Shown here: positions 25,670 to 38,955 of the stretch, in pieces
Position numbering within the stretch: position 1 is the first letter of the stretch
How the letters are laid out: each line of letters starts with the position of its first letter
DNA from: Paraspadella gotoi
Lineage: Eukaryota; Animalia; Chaetognatha
Assembly (NCBI GenBank): GCA_051294375.1
Contig: CM119269.1
Coordinates: forward strand, 16,575,818-16,639,817
DNA: 64,000 nucleotides
Reading direction: 5' to 3'
Position numbers and translations under genes: made by a program
The notes under the pieces: generated by a model
Databases searched by the model: none
What the model was told of the DNA's origin: nothing
Seen by the model: only the letters and a program-made list of their open reading frames with translations

Positions 25670-27479
25670 ATATAAATAAATAAATAAATAAAAATAAATA
25701 ATAAATAAAAATATAAATAAATAAAATAAATAAATAAATAAAATAAAATAAATAATAAATAAATAATAAATAAAATAAATNNNNNNNNNNNNNNNNNNNN
25801 NNNNNAAATAAATAAATAAATAAATAAATAAATAAATGAATGAATTAAGGAAGAAAATAGTAACAAGAGTAAAAAGAATTAAATCTTATAAAATGAAGAA
25901 AAGAGAGAAAATCTCCAAAAAATGTTTATTTCCTCATAAAAATTGAGTAACTGGAATTTACTTGAAGTTAACGTTAATGCTTCACGCATCTCAAGGTTCT
26001 CGCTAAGAAATTAGGAATGGGATAATTCACCAGTGGCTGTACTTCAACCGCTGGGAACGAGAGGTTGGGGAAGTGTTGGGGGTCGTAGGTTCTTTCGTGT
26101 TGTGGGGGAATTTTTCGAGTGGCTAAAGAGGGTCAGGCCTTCCCTGAGTTCATTGACTCGATACAAAGACGATGGGAGCCTCAAAGACTCGAGGAAAAAG
26201 AGATCTTAGTACATGTAAACAAACTTTTTTTCATTATTCACTATTGTTATCTTCAGTGAAAATTGTATTTAATTGTATTTAATATTTTATTTATATAAGT
26301 TTCATCTCCTTTGATTAAGTGTTAACCCCTGCGATACCGTAGATGTACGATTGTACGTACGTTGCGCTTGAACTGTGATTTAAAACCGAAATTTAAAAAT
26401 TAAATCCTGGATCGAACCGAGGTCCTTGACTCTTGAGCGCTTTCGTTCCGACGAGACTCCCAGACAAACAAGAACGAAGTCGAAGAGGAAACAAACAAAG
26501 CAAACGAAGCAGACGAAGTCAACGACGCCATCGACGAGAAAAAAACAAGAGAACAACAACGAATCATTCGGGTTTTTTTTTTTTAATTAATATTTTTATT
26601 TTTATTTTCATATTTATTAAAAAAATGTAGCAAATTTATTTTCCCGCGCCCGGAGTCAACAAACTTTCGGGATCGGGATCCATTAGAAATTTGTACGGTT
26701 TTCAAATATTTATTTCAGCACATAATAATATATATATATATAGAACTCTTCTTTAAAGAAGAAAAAAAGAAAGATGGCCGAGGAGCTTCATCATTAAAAG
26801 AGAAAACGTGATTTATGAAAAAGAGGAAGTGAGCTTAAGTGGGAGCAACGAGCGGCGACTCTAACTCCCTGGCGACTGGATGGCACAGTCAACAAGGACG
26901 ACAACAAGGCCATATTTGGGCAACGGTGCCACCCACCCGCTCCGGAATACATATTCCGACGGAGCGGGCGGTTGGGGGTGAATTTGAGTCCAACAGGGGG
27001 CGGGGAGGATCGGAGAACAGGGGGCCAGGGAAACTCGGACGGAAAACCCTGTTTTTTTTTCATTTCACCAGCAAATATTTACATAGATGTATGTACGTTG
27101 CGCTTGAAAGATTAAATTTACAGTAAGAAAAACGCGTTTGCTTATTAACGCATACATTTACTGTAAAAAATCTGACAAATTATCTTTTGTTAGGTCATTA
27201 TCTCAAACAACGTCTTCTCAAATTTGCTCTACATTTGCCTGTATCCCCCACTCACCTCGTCTCGTCCCATTTTTCCTGCAGATATGTGTTAAAAGACGAT
27301 GACGCTGAAAAAGTAGATTATTTTCTCCTCTCCTAAATTTTCCCACGTTTCCCAGTTACATCCAGGGATTTTCCAGTTACGTCCGGGTTCGGCGTCTGAA
27401 CAAAGAAAAACCGCGAGAGATGAAAGCCTTTTTTGTTCTTGTTGTTGTTGTTCTTTTTTTCTCCGTTTCTCTTTTGTTT

Positions 27480-27895
27480 CTGGCGGAGACGTTTTTCAGC
27501 GGACCGACGGCGACGACGACGACGACTCCGAGTCAAAGATGGCGCGCGCGCGCAAAATGGCCGCCCGATGTCGCATTTCGTCAAAAGAGACGAGAAAGGA
27601 GAAGACGGGTTTTTTTTTTCTCTCTCTCACTCTCTGCAGCGGATCAAAGAAGATCTTATCACTCCCGAACGAAAGAGAGAGCGAGAGAGAGGGAGAGTGA
27701 GAGGGAGAGAGAGAGGGAGAGAGAGAGGGAGTGTGAGAGAGATAAGGAGAGGAGAGGTTGGCTAAGATTATGGGGACGAGGAATGGTTATTGGTTAGGTA
27801 GGCGGTCTGTTTACGTGTCCAGGCGAGGGCGTTATACATATAGAGAGAGAGACTCTGAAAGAGAGAGACAGAGTGATGACGTTGTATCGGGTGAG
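27480..27895 (+). promoter_or_regulatory. Candidate CpG-rich promoter / first exon with YY1-type motifs
   Basis: AAGATGGCG (27536) and AAAATGGCCGCC (27554) lie in a CpG-dense patch, with a GTGAGT donor-like site at ~27890. No coding exon identified. Confidence 0.3.
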
Positions 27896-28244
27896 TTTTA
27901 TCGAGGATCAGATCTTCATCCCCGCTCGAGCGCTTTTTCGTCGCCGAGGGAGACGAAAGAGAGGGACGGAGAGGGAGTGACGGGAAAATGGAGAGGGTTT
28001 CTGATAGAGACAGAGTGAGGGAAAGGCGAGAGAGAGAGAGAGAGATGGGAGCCACGAAGACGCGAGAGAAAGAGCGAGAGCGATAAGACGACCTCGGAGT
28101 TGAAGGCTCGACGGTTGACCCGGCGTAGTTTTCTCGTCTCTCTCTCTCTCACTCTCGCTCGCTACTCCTCGCGTCCCCGGGGTCCAGTTTCCGCGCTTCT
28201 TCCCGGAAGGAAAAAAAGGGGGAGGGGGAGAAGGGGTTGTTGGG

Positions 28245-28303
28245 ACGGGCCAAGTTGGTCGGAATATTTCGCGGATCCGGGTCCTGGTCCCGGGTTCGAA
28301 TCC
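28245..28303 (+). other. tRNA-like fragment (pol III A/B box), probably a SINE head or tRNA pseudogene
   Basis: GGCCAAGTTGG (A-box-like) followed by GGTTCGAATCC (B box) at ~28292-28302. No complete acceptor stem. A similar layout occurs on the minus strand at ~26407-26460 (GGTTCGATCC). Confidence 0.35.
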
Positions 28304-29066
28304 TTATGAAGAGACGATCGTTCCTTTTTTTTAATCTTTTTTTATCGAAGGGCAGCGTTGTTTATTAAGAGTTGGGGCTGAGGGGTATATAAGGAGGTGG
28401 ATGGATGGGTTGATAAGTGGAAGGTGTAAGTTTGTGGGATTGGTATTATATTGTTTGTTTGTGTTTTTATATTTTTACGAAATGTTGTTTCGAGACGTTC
28501 TCAACGACGAGTATGAATGAAGACCTAGTCGTTCCTTATGTTGATCAATTTTATGTTTAGTTTTTGGTAGTTGTTTTGTTTTTTGTTTTTTTTTAAGTAC
28601 ATTCGGGGTTCGAATTCTCCAAAACGACGAGTCAAACGAAACAATTTTGTTAGCCGATATAGGGGGCGGGAAGAAAAACTAGAGAAAAAAAAACAAAAGA
28701 AAAAAAACAACATTAATACATTTTTTGGATTGATTTGGGGTAATAAAAAATTAAAAAAACGATCTTGAGTACATCGAGGCTTCCGAGAGTACAAAAAATA
28801 AGAAAAGTCCCCCATAAAAAAAATCAAGACTTTTTATTTCCTTTTCTTTTTTTTTTCTCCTTCGTCTTCTCGAAATAAGGAAATCGTAATGAGAGAGAAA
28901 AACGGGAGGAAAGTCTTGGAGACGGGAGGCAGAGAGAGAGCGCGTGCGAGCCGGAAGACGGAGGAGGAGGAGGAGGAGGAGGAGGAAGAGACGACGACGG
29001 AGGGAGGAGGGAAAGATCGAGGAGGAAAGTGAGAGAGAGAGAAAAAAAAAATAACAACAAAAAAAA

Positions 29067-29098
<32 letters not shown>

Positions 29099-30699
29099 AA
29101 AAAAAAAAATAAAAAAAAAAAAAAAAAAAAAAACTCCCCAGCAACAAACATGGTCACGAGCAGGGGAAGACAAACAAAAACCCGTCGTCCTACGACCCTG
29201 GACAGACAAGTGAGAAAGAGACGCAGAAAGAGAGAGAGTGGGAGCAGAGAGGGGACCCCAGGGAAGAGCCGGGTGGGATCCCCTGACACGGGGGTCGGAG
29301 GGAGACGAGACCAGCAGGGAGAGACTCGAGGGGAGGGGGACGGAGACGGAGTAGCGCGGAGGAGGAGGGGGCTGGTAGTTGACGCGTTCCGGACCCCGAG
29401 TACGGCGACTGATGACCGGGAGGAGAAAAGAGGGGGACTGAAAGAAGCGGGGTATTGGTGGCTCTTATCTGTTTGATAATACCCATTGGATACTGGCAAT
29501 CCGAAACGTACACGAACTTGAGTGCGGAAGGACAACGCCAAGAGAGAGAGACATCGACAAACCGCAGGAAGTGGCACCGACCTGAGATCGCGTCGCCCGT
29601 GGAGAGCAGAGCGCGGGAGAGACGAGGAGGACGAGCCACATTGTGTGGTGGTGTGCAAAGAGATCGACGGAGAGAAAACTCTTGAGAAGGCAGTGGGGAT
29701 CGAGATGCCTGAGGACGCCGAGAGAGGAGGAGCAGACACTACCCCTGCTCTGTACGCCGAAGGGACGGAGTCCCGGAGAGAGAGCCTGGAGACGAGACCG
29801 AGAGACGAGAGAAGAGGATACTACCTAGACGCCTCGAAGCGCCGACTGAGAACAGACCACGGTCGGTACGAGGGGTGAGGGAGCGGGAGCGAGGAGAACC
29901 ATATATGATGAGGATGGAGACCGGGCGACGGGAAAGAGAGAGGAAAAAGAACGCCGGCGATCCGTGGAAATTGTAATTGTGCGTTTTGTCGTGTTCGCGA
30001 TTCCAATGTATAATTAATATTTACTTTTCTGATATCATAACCATGTGATGGTGCGACATCAGACTTAGTTACTAGCGATTCGGGAAAAGAACGGAAAAAA
30101 AACACCGGAGTGGGAACGCTCTCAAGTCGCCGGCTTCGCTGAGACCTTACGACCGGATAAAGACCCCTTCGGCGTAATACCGACCGACACTATGTGAGGG
30201 AAGAAACCACCAGAACGAAGAGACCGCAGCGGCCACGGGAGGAGATACACGGAGAGAGAGAGAGAGAGGAGATGAGAAGATAGGATGTCGAGGAGACGAC
30301 GAATTGACAGATTGAGTCCCGTTCCGCTCGTCGATGATTATTGTGTTGTGAGAGGGTGCGAGTGTGGGTGAGACGATGAGAAAGGGGAGAAGCAGACTGG
30401 ATGAATGAGCGAGAGACGAGGGGTTTCATAAGGAAACACGGCGGGCATGTGTGTCTGATGGTTGTGCAAGAGCGAGGGATACAGGTGGCAAGTCAATTGC
30501 GAGTGGGTGGTGCCTTCCTTCCTCTTCTTGCTTTTCGTTTTCTCCCGCCCGCTCTCTCTCTCTCTCTTCTCTTTTTCCACGCCTCTCCTCTCCCCCTCTC
30601 TTCTCTCTCCCCCCAGCTTTCCCTTCCCGTTACTTCGTCGATGGAAATTAAGTGACGGGTCATTGCAATGCTTTTCCTTTCTTCTCCCGTCCGACCTCG

Positions 30700-31080
30700 T
30701 TTGTAATTCTTTATCCTTTTGTCTTTCTTCTTTTTCTTGTTTGTAATTCTTTATTCTCTTTTCTTTCTTCTTTTTCTTTTTTGTAATTCTTTATCATTTT
30801 ATCTTTATTCCTTTACTTTTTTGTAATTTTTTAGCCTTTTATTTTTTTTTCTTTTCCTTTTTTAGAATTCTTTATCCTTTTATCTTTCTTATTTTCTGTT
30901 TTTGTAATTCTTTATCTTTTTATCTTTCTTCTTTATCCTTTCTTGTAATTCTTTATCCTTTTATCTTTCTTTTTTCCTTTTTTGTAATTCTTTATCCTTT
31001 TATTTTTATTTTTATTTTTAAATCTTTCTTCTTTTCCTTTATTGTAATTCTTTATCCATTTATCTTTCTTTTTGCCTTTT
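30700..31080. repeat. Minisatellite, ~39-40-bp unit ttgtaattctttatccttttatctttcttctttttc, ~9-10 copies
   Basis: The tgtaattcttta motif recurs about every 40 bp. Confidence 0.88.
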
Positions 31081-31986
31081 TTTTTCCCAACTTATTTCCT
31101 CGAAGCATTTTCGCACTATCGCAGTCCAAATGTCTTTTTCTCTAAAATTCTAAATTTAAAGTCTGACGTCATTTAAGACGCAATGCTTTTCTTTTCTCTT
31201 TCCTTCTCTCTTTCCTCGTTCTCTTACAACTTTCAACTTTCAACTTGATTTCTACTTTTATTTTCTTTCCTTCCTTCTCTACTTCATTTTCGGCTTTTTT
31301 TCTTTTAATTTACTTATTTATTTATTTTCATTTCGACAAGAATCTTCATTCTATAAAATATTTATATTGGTTGTACCAATTTCATAAACGACAATCCGAA
31401 TGAATCGTATGAATTTAAGTCGTTTTTTTTTAGTCAAATATTAAATAACCACTACTCAAACGTTCATATACTAATTAATAAATGTCCTTTACCAGTCGCT
31501 ACCTTTTTCCCGTTAATCTGCAGGACGATTTTTCTGGATAGCAAATATGCATCAGCGCAATTGCATTCGTTCGTTTCCTTTCCCCCCCCACATTCCGGCT
31601 GTCGAACAACAAAACTGTCGAACTCTCTCTCTCTCTCTCAGACCGATTGCCTTTCGAGTCAATCAAGAAGGGAGGCGGAGAAAGCCGGAGAATATGTCGA
31701 GACGGAGGTAACGGAGCTCAATAAGTTTTTGTCGAGGTATTCACTATTCGGACCATCAAAAATAGACTTTGGCCTTTACGATTAAGTCTGGTGGATGGAA
31801 AAATTTAAACACGTCATCGTAAGGACCTTTATATAGTTAATAGTTATTGGGACTCGTAGTTAATGGGAGCCGTAATTATACTTATTGCATAGGATAATCA
31901 CTCAGCCAGAGTTAGATTATAACCCAAACCTCATTGGCGATGCATAATAACGGCGACCTATCAGATTCTTTTTTTCAGTTTTTGGT

Positions 31987-32026
<40 letters not shown>

Positions 32027-33764
32027 TAATAAAAAATCTCTGATAGCTTAATTCAACATATCACTCGGACCCTCATCGTGAACAAATTCTCCGAAAATTC
32101 TCACATAATCCCTGCTTATTAACCAATTGTCATCTCAAAAGACTTTCTTTTTTTTTTTAATAAATGCCGATGAATCTCCTTCTTCTTTCGCCTCACGCGT
32201 GTGTAACGAGAGATAAAATCCAAAGCGCCACTTAATCCCCCTTCTTTTCTTTCTCCTTCCTCTCCTGGTTCTTCTTCTCTTTTCTTTTCTTCTCTTCTTC
32301 TTCTTCGATTCTCGAAAGGCGGAGACCCACTGGGAAATATGATGGGTTAACCTCTCTGCGGTTATTTGAGGGCTTCTGTTAAATATTTACCTGTGAATTA
32401 CTAATCAATATTTTTTTAAAGCTCTCTAGGAATTTATTAATGCGTGAATTCGTTAAAAAATTCCCCCCCCCCAAATGCTTAATAAATTTACACTTTTCGA
32501 CGGCGATTCTTGAACAATTAAACACATACTGTATCAGACTCACTGTTTGTTAGTTTATTTATTAATTCTTCTTAATTACCACAAATCGATTAAACGATAC
32601 AACTTCAGTGATTTCGGTGGTGTTTTAACCCGTACTCAACCACGTGAGACTTGATTTTACCATCGAACGCGCTCGATGACGCTTGGTTTAGCCTCCGTTC
32701 GCGCGAAGATCCTTGAAACGCTCTTCACCGTCTTCATGATGCTTACATCCCTTTTTTTTTTTTTTGCGGCGCACGAACGCTTCGACGGTGATTGTGAACG
32801 CTCGGTTAGAAAGAGGCGCTCGTGACTAGAGACTGGGAAACGTCTTGATAGTTTTTTTTTATGTCTTTCTTTTTTTCTCATCCTCTCTCTTTTCCTATTT
32901 TTTTATTCTTTTTTTCCCCACAACCATAATTTTCTTCTTCTCCATTTTTGACGGCTCGAGACGCCGCGATGCTCACTTGGATTTTCGGGATCAGTGGAGG
33001 CTAATTATCCCGAAAGACCCTTTCCCCCCCAAAAAAAGAGAAAAAATAAGCGCTTCTGTCCCCCGCCAACGCCCTCCTCTGGCAACGCCCTCAACAGCAT
33101 GCAACCATGTAGGATTAAAGTAAATTTGATATGTTAATCTTCACAATAAAATACAAATGTATCGCCTCTTGGAATTTATACGTAAGGACAGGGACCCACC
33201 CAGCCACACCCCCCCTCGCTTTAGAAGAGGAAAAAATGAGGGAGAAGATTGAGGCTCTTGACGCGTCCTCGTTTATCACCGATTTCACGAACGATTAAAA
33301 CTTCTTTTTTTTTTCACGAGTCCGAGTTGCAGAGGGGGGGAGGGGCAAGGGACGAGGAGCAGGCGTAATTTTTTAGGGAAGGGGCGGACGGAGGAAAAAA
33401 TCGGCGGTACTCACCTATTTGCTTAGGGCGATCAACTTTTTTCGAAGTTGATCTAGACATCTATTTGATACTTCTTGGCTTTTTACTTCTAGTCGATATT
33501 ATAAATTAGAATCATTCTTAACCTTACGTTTGTTAACACGAACGTTTAAATCTATCGAACTAAAATTGATAACTCTTTCCTACCCAGATTCTCTCTCCAA
33601 CTTACGGGTCGCCTTTTTCGAAAACACATTGGTGAGCAACGACAAGGATATCAAGGGCAACGACGATGGAGCAAGGAGCAAGAAAAAAAATCTTAAAAGC
33701 AATAGGGATCGAGCCAGCTTTCGATGGTAACCAAAAATATTAATGCAGATGATAACTAAATATT

Positions 33765-33925
33765 GATCGTGATGATAAACCAATAATTGATGCGATGATA
33801 ATAAAAATAACTGATGTGATAAATCAAATGATTGATGCGATGATAGTCATTCATTGATGTGATGATAAATCATTCATTGATATGATGATAATCATTCATT
33901 GATGCGTATGATAGTCATTCATTGA
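33765..33925. repeat. Minisatellite, ~22-23-bp unit attgatgcgatgatagtcattc
   Basis: Repeated ttgatg(c/t)gatgata...cattc units. Confidence 0.8.
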
Positions 33926-34011
33926 CCGCGATGAGTCATTGCATGCGTAAATAAAACAAACAAATGCCGTGTATGAATGAAAGAGAGAGAGAGAAGAGAA
34001 GAGAAGAGAGA

Positions 34012-34060
<49 letters not shown>

Positions 34061-34124
34061 TGAGAGAGAGGCTGGTCAGTTTTCCTCTGTTTATATATAA
34101 GAATAATACAAATTTTAGAAAAAA

Positions 34125-34211
34125 AATTCACGAAATCTCGGGATGTAAATTTGGGATTTTGTATTGAGAAAAAAAGCGCGGGAAATATGGCGGAAAATAA
34201 TAGAAAAGAAA

Positions 34212-34243
<32 letters not shown>

Positions 34244-35199
34244 AAGATAGGAGAGAGAAGCTGGAACCGCCCTGCAGAGCTGACTCGTTTTTCGACGTAT
34301 CTGAGTAGGGACGAACTCTTTTCCTTTCTAATATTTTTTTACTTATCAAAAAAAATTTTATGTCCTCATCTTAAAAAAGTTTTAATCTTGAATAAATTTT
34401 AGATTGTTCTTTTTTTTAAAGAAGAGCAAGACGACAGGTCAAATTTCATATTTGCATATTTAACTATTTAATAATATTTTATCCCAACTCAAATAATTAT
34501 TATTTTAAAAAAGAATAAAATGATTAAATATATACACTAAAAAAAATTTACAATTTTAAAATTTTAAAAATTGTTAGAATAAACAAAAAAAGTAATGTTT
34601 AATTTGACAATATCTCTCTTCTCAACTCCTATTTTAGATATAATTTGCCAATAGTGGCGACCCGGTCCAAAGTTACAGTAATAAACAAAAAAACAAAAAA
34701 TTTTTTTTTTGTTAGAATGCAATTAAATTAATCCGCGCAATTGCCGGACATATAGCAGCTATATGTACCCAGCAAGCTGTGTACATGTGACATTGCCTGC
34801 ATTTTTTTCTAAAATGAATCCATGAAAATCTCGGAATGTAAATTGGGTATTTTGTATAGAGAAAAAAAAAAATAAATGGCGATAATAAAAGTTTTTAGAA
34901 GGAAAAAAATAATAAGAATTTTCAAAAACGAACCGATCGTACCATTGAGAGAGAGAGAGAGAGAGAAGCTGAACAGAGCCGTGAACTCGTTTACTCGTCG
35001 CTCTGGTTGAAAAAAAAAGTGACTAAAAAATTTTTTTTGTAAAAAAAAAAGAAGAGAGAGAGAAGATAGAGAGAGCCGGAACTCGTTTAATGACGGTATT
35101 GAAAAAAAGGTGACTAAAAATTATTTTTGTACCAAAAAAAAAGAGAATGAAGAGAGAAAGAGAGAGAGAGACAGATAGAGAGAGAGAGAGAGAGAGAAG

Positions 35200-35234
<35 letters not shown>

Positions 35235-35278
35235 GGAACTCGTTTACTCGTTTACAAGTGAATACATTTTTTTTTTTG

Positions 35279-35326
<48 letters not shown>

Positions 35327-35719
35327 AGAGATGAGAGAGAGAGAGAGAGAGAGAGCAAGTTTTCGCCGCCAACGATACGCATATTAGGTCACTCTTGTTT
35401 ATATCGGCGTGATCTCGGTCAAGTTGATTTTTTTTAACACGTAACGTTTCCCGTGCCATCAAAACGCGTTATTGGTTATCATGTTCCTCGACATTGTTTA
35501 CTCGTTGCGCCGCAACGGCCACGAAATCCAGGTAAGTAAGTTATTCTTCACATTTTCTTCAAAAAAATCCACGAAAATCTCAGATGTAAATTTGGGATTT
35601 TTGTATGAGAAAGAAGCGCGGAAATAAATGGCCGATAATAAAAAGTTTTAAGAAGGAAAGAAATAATAAGAATTTTTCAAAAAACGGTGGAAACAAAGTG
35701 ATATAATTTTTTTTTTTGT

Positions 35720-35776
<57 letters not shown>

Positions 35777-35990
35777 GGAGGAGAACGGAGGGAGAGGAGA
35801 GAGAGAGAGAGCCTGAACTCGTTTTTTTTAAACGATTCAGAAAAGGCCGCGCCTGATCAAATATATATGTTTTTTAGAAGAAAAAAATAATCAGAATTTT
35901 TCAAAAAAACGAACGATCACGCAAGAGATCGCACACAAAGAGGACAGAGAGAAACTGAACTTGTTTTTAAACGATTCAGAAAAGGCAGCG
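34125..35990. repeat. Compound ~700-bp-period local repeat (cacgaaaatctcggatgtaaatttgggattttgtat... plus (GA)n-gaactcgttt units)
   Basis: Related ~100-bp blocks at ~34127, ~34818 and ~35568. gaactcgttt recurs after several GA tracts. Confidence 0.75.
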
Positions 35991-36044
35991 CCAAAAAAAA
36001 AAATATATATATTAAAAAATAAAATAAAGAAAGCAAAAAATGTT

Positions 36045-36440
36045 ACAATGGTTTACAATTGGAAACTTTTCCAATTTTTTCAATCGCAGCTTGTAAAAGA
36101 TTTATTTTTATTTGTATTAAAATTAAGATATAGCTTCTCATTAAAAAAATCCTTTGAGTTCCCATTTTTATTAGAAATTTAAAAAAATTTTTTGAATTTC
36201 ATCTTCAATATTATATACTGCAATATGTAAATTAGCTTAAAGCATTTTTATATACTAATTTGGAATTATAATCAGTACTATAATCTCATTTGCATATTGC
36301 AGTAAATCATAATGAAGTGGAAATTCAAACAAAAAATACTTAAATCCAAATGTAATAAGAAAATATCAAAGCTATTTCAAGTTGAGAAGCCATATCTAAT
36401 TTTTTAACTTACTATGATCGCACACTTTTTGTAAACTTTA
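36045..36440. mobile_element. Degenerate palindromic (foldback) MITE
   Basis: Nested inverted matches: tactgcaatatgtaaat / atttgcatattgcagta; tttgaatttc / gaaattcaaa; agatatagcttctca / tgagaagccatatct; gtttacaa / ttgtaaac. Confidence 0.6.
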
Positions 36441-36662
36441 GAATAATTCATAATAATTTTATTTAAAAAAAAAACGGTAAGTGACAGCCAAACCTATAAA
36501 AGCGTAGTAGTTTTTTATTTAAAAACAGCGTGACGGCCGACGACGACGACGACGACTACGTCACAAAGAAGCAACCCTAAAACATTATAGAGCCTGACCC
36601 GGCTTCGCCGGTCAAGGCTCGATAAAAAAATCCCAAACAACCGGGAAGGCCGACACCGACGC

Positions 36663-36666
<4 letters not shown>

Positions 36667-36710
<44 letters not shown>
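36667..36710. repeat. (GCC)n trinucleotide repeat in a GC-rich island
   Basis: About 14 uninterrupted GCC units. Confidence 0.9.
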
Positions 36711-37559
36711 GCGTTGAGTTGACGGGCAAAAGCATTGAGACTAATGATGTCCACTAAAAGTGGCCGGACGTGAAGAAAAAATATCGGCAAGACATGGTGA
36801 AAAAATGGCGGCAGTTAGGAACAGAGGAAAGGAGACTCGTCAAAGGAGGATACAAGGAGACGAGAAGTTACATCATATGGATTCATATGATGTTTAAAGA
36901 TTTTCACATACCCTCGTAATTTTTCGTCCGCAAGTATTATTGCTAATCATAGCAATATTACGGTTTGGTTTATTATATAATATGCATTATATCATTTTCG
37001 TTTCTTACGGCGGAACATAACTTACTGCAAGTCGTAGGAGAGAGGAGAAAAAAAAGGAAAACGAGGTCAAAGAAAATGCGGAAAAGTTAAAAAATACATA
37101 CATTCCATTATTGTGATTATCTGTGCACCAAAGCTGAGACTTAAATCTGATTAACTTAAAGAACTAATTTTTCAATAGAATAAGATTTATTTTATCGAAT
37201 TAAAAATTATTGCCGGCGACCTGCGTGTGGTAAACTAGCAAATCATTGCGAATTCAAGCAGCGACGGAACAACCCTGGCAGTCGAAAACGCTTCTTCCGA
37301 AACTTAAGGAACAACTTAAGGAACAAACAACATGATCGATTTTTTTTGCAGAGAAGAATTTCTAGGAGTTAGGGGAAGAGAGGAAGAGAGGAGGGGAGGG
37401 AGGGAGATAGATAGATAGAGAGAGAGAGAGCGAGCGGAGACAATTCCGGCTCTTGAGAAGTCGAAATTGAAAAATGAAAAATGGGTGGAACAATTTCTCG
37501 AGAGTAAAACGAAAAAAAGATCAAACTTGAACCTCTGGTGGATGGAGAAGACGGGAGCG

Positions 37560-37590
<31 letters not shown>

Positions 37591-38549
37591 ATCGTAAAAG
37601 GATAAGAGTTGACACATGAGGGAGAATGACTCGAATTAAGAGCAAAGTATTTGAGGGAAATACTACAGAAAGACGGGAGGAGAGAAGCAAAAGAGGATTA
37701 CCGATAAGCGATTAAAAGTTGGAGAAGAGAGAAATGAAAATATTGAAAGTATCACGATAAAATGAAGTAAAAGATGAAGCGAAAGACGAATCGAAAGTTT
37801 ACAAACGAGAGCGATAGTGGTGGGTAGGGTTAGGGTAAAGATGGTGACTGGGGGGGGGAAGGGAAATAACAGACGATGAAAGACGTCGTGCGTGACGAAT
37901 ATGACGCAAGCGGGAAGACACGACCTCCTTCACAACCGGCGCTTCGAGCACGATTATGATAATTGCTCCGACTCTCTCTCTCACTCTTTTATCGATTTCG
38001 TTCCGGAGACGGCCGGGCGGGGGAGGGAGTAGGAGTGTGCTCTCCGAAAAAACTCGCGCGTGCGCTCTTCGTCGCGTGACCGGGACATATTTTTTTCTGA
38101 CGAAAGATTCTTCTTCGAGTGGGCGTAACATATTAAGTCGCGGCGCCTAGGACTCCCGACTACAGACGATTTTTAATTAATATTTAGATATTCAGATATA
38201 TTATGTAAGAAAATGTAATCTACGAACTCATTGGTCCCGGGTCCCAGCCATGGTCGGAGCGGGCCTTGCAATATAGTGAAACCACCGGGAGCAAGTCAAC
38301 CGCCGTATCCGAAGTAACGGAATGCAAGGCAACTGACGGAAAAATCTTTCAGACCCACTGGGCACACTAAATGTGGGGGCTATCCACACCGTTTAAGAGG
38401 CGATCTTCTCGGTCTCTTCACTTTCACTTTTTATCACAGTTTTTCTAGCCTGTACAATAGGGAGAAGTGAAAGTTTGGAATCAAAATTTTGCAGTTATAT
38501 CTTAAAAAAAAATCATAATAATGAATACTAATCTGTAGTTATTTTTTTT

Positions 38550-38955
38550 TTACAAATATAGAAGCCCAATCAGCTTATTTTGTATATAGTACTACCCTTA
38601 TATAATGTCAAAATTTCAAAAAGTTTTTTTAAAATTAGAACAGATTCAGATTCCTCGTTAAAAATTGATAAAAGAAAATTAAATATTTTTTAAAAATTAT
38701 AAAAAACTATATTTTGAAACTGGCAATTGAAAATTGGCGTCTTAAATAAAGTTTTTTTTATATTTTTTNNNNNNNNNNTATATTTTGAAACTGGAAATTG
38801 AAAATTGGCGTCTTAAATAAAGTTTTTTTATATTTTTTACCAATTTAATGAAATAATTTTTAAAAAAGAATTATACTTTCTTATATCAACTTTTTGCAAG
38901 GAATCCAAATCCGATCTTAAAATTTAAAAATTTGTATTTTGAAATTTTAGCCAAT
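38550..38955. mobile_element. AT-rich MITE-like dispersed repeat (relatives at ~48715-48990 and probably ~4950-5240)
   Basis: agccc..cag.ttattttg.at.tagta...tataat...aaaat..caaaa and terminal aaattttagcca are shared with 48715-48990. gaatccaaatc is shared with ~5195. Internal imperfect inverted repeats. Confidence 0.5.

Noticed and set aside
28245-28303. Functional tRNA gene
   Set aside because: A/B-box-like motifs are present but no acceptor stem or proper anticodon arm forms.
30700-31080. Regularly spaced repeat resembling a CRISPR array
   Set aside because: The intervening sequences are themselves near-identical (minisatellite), the context is eukaryotic and there are no cas genes.
38709-38838. 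~58-bp direct repeat on both sides of a 10-N gap
   Set aside because: Typical unmerged contig overlap at a scaffold gap.
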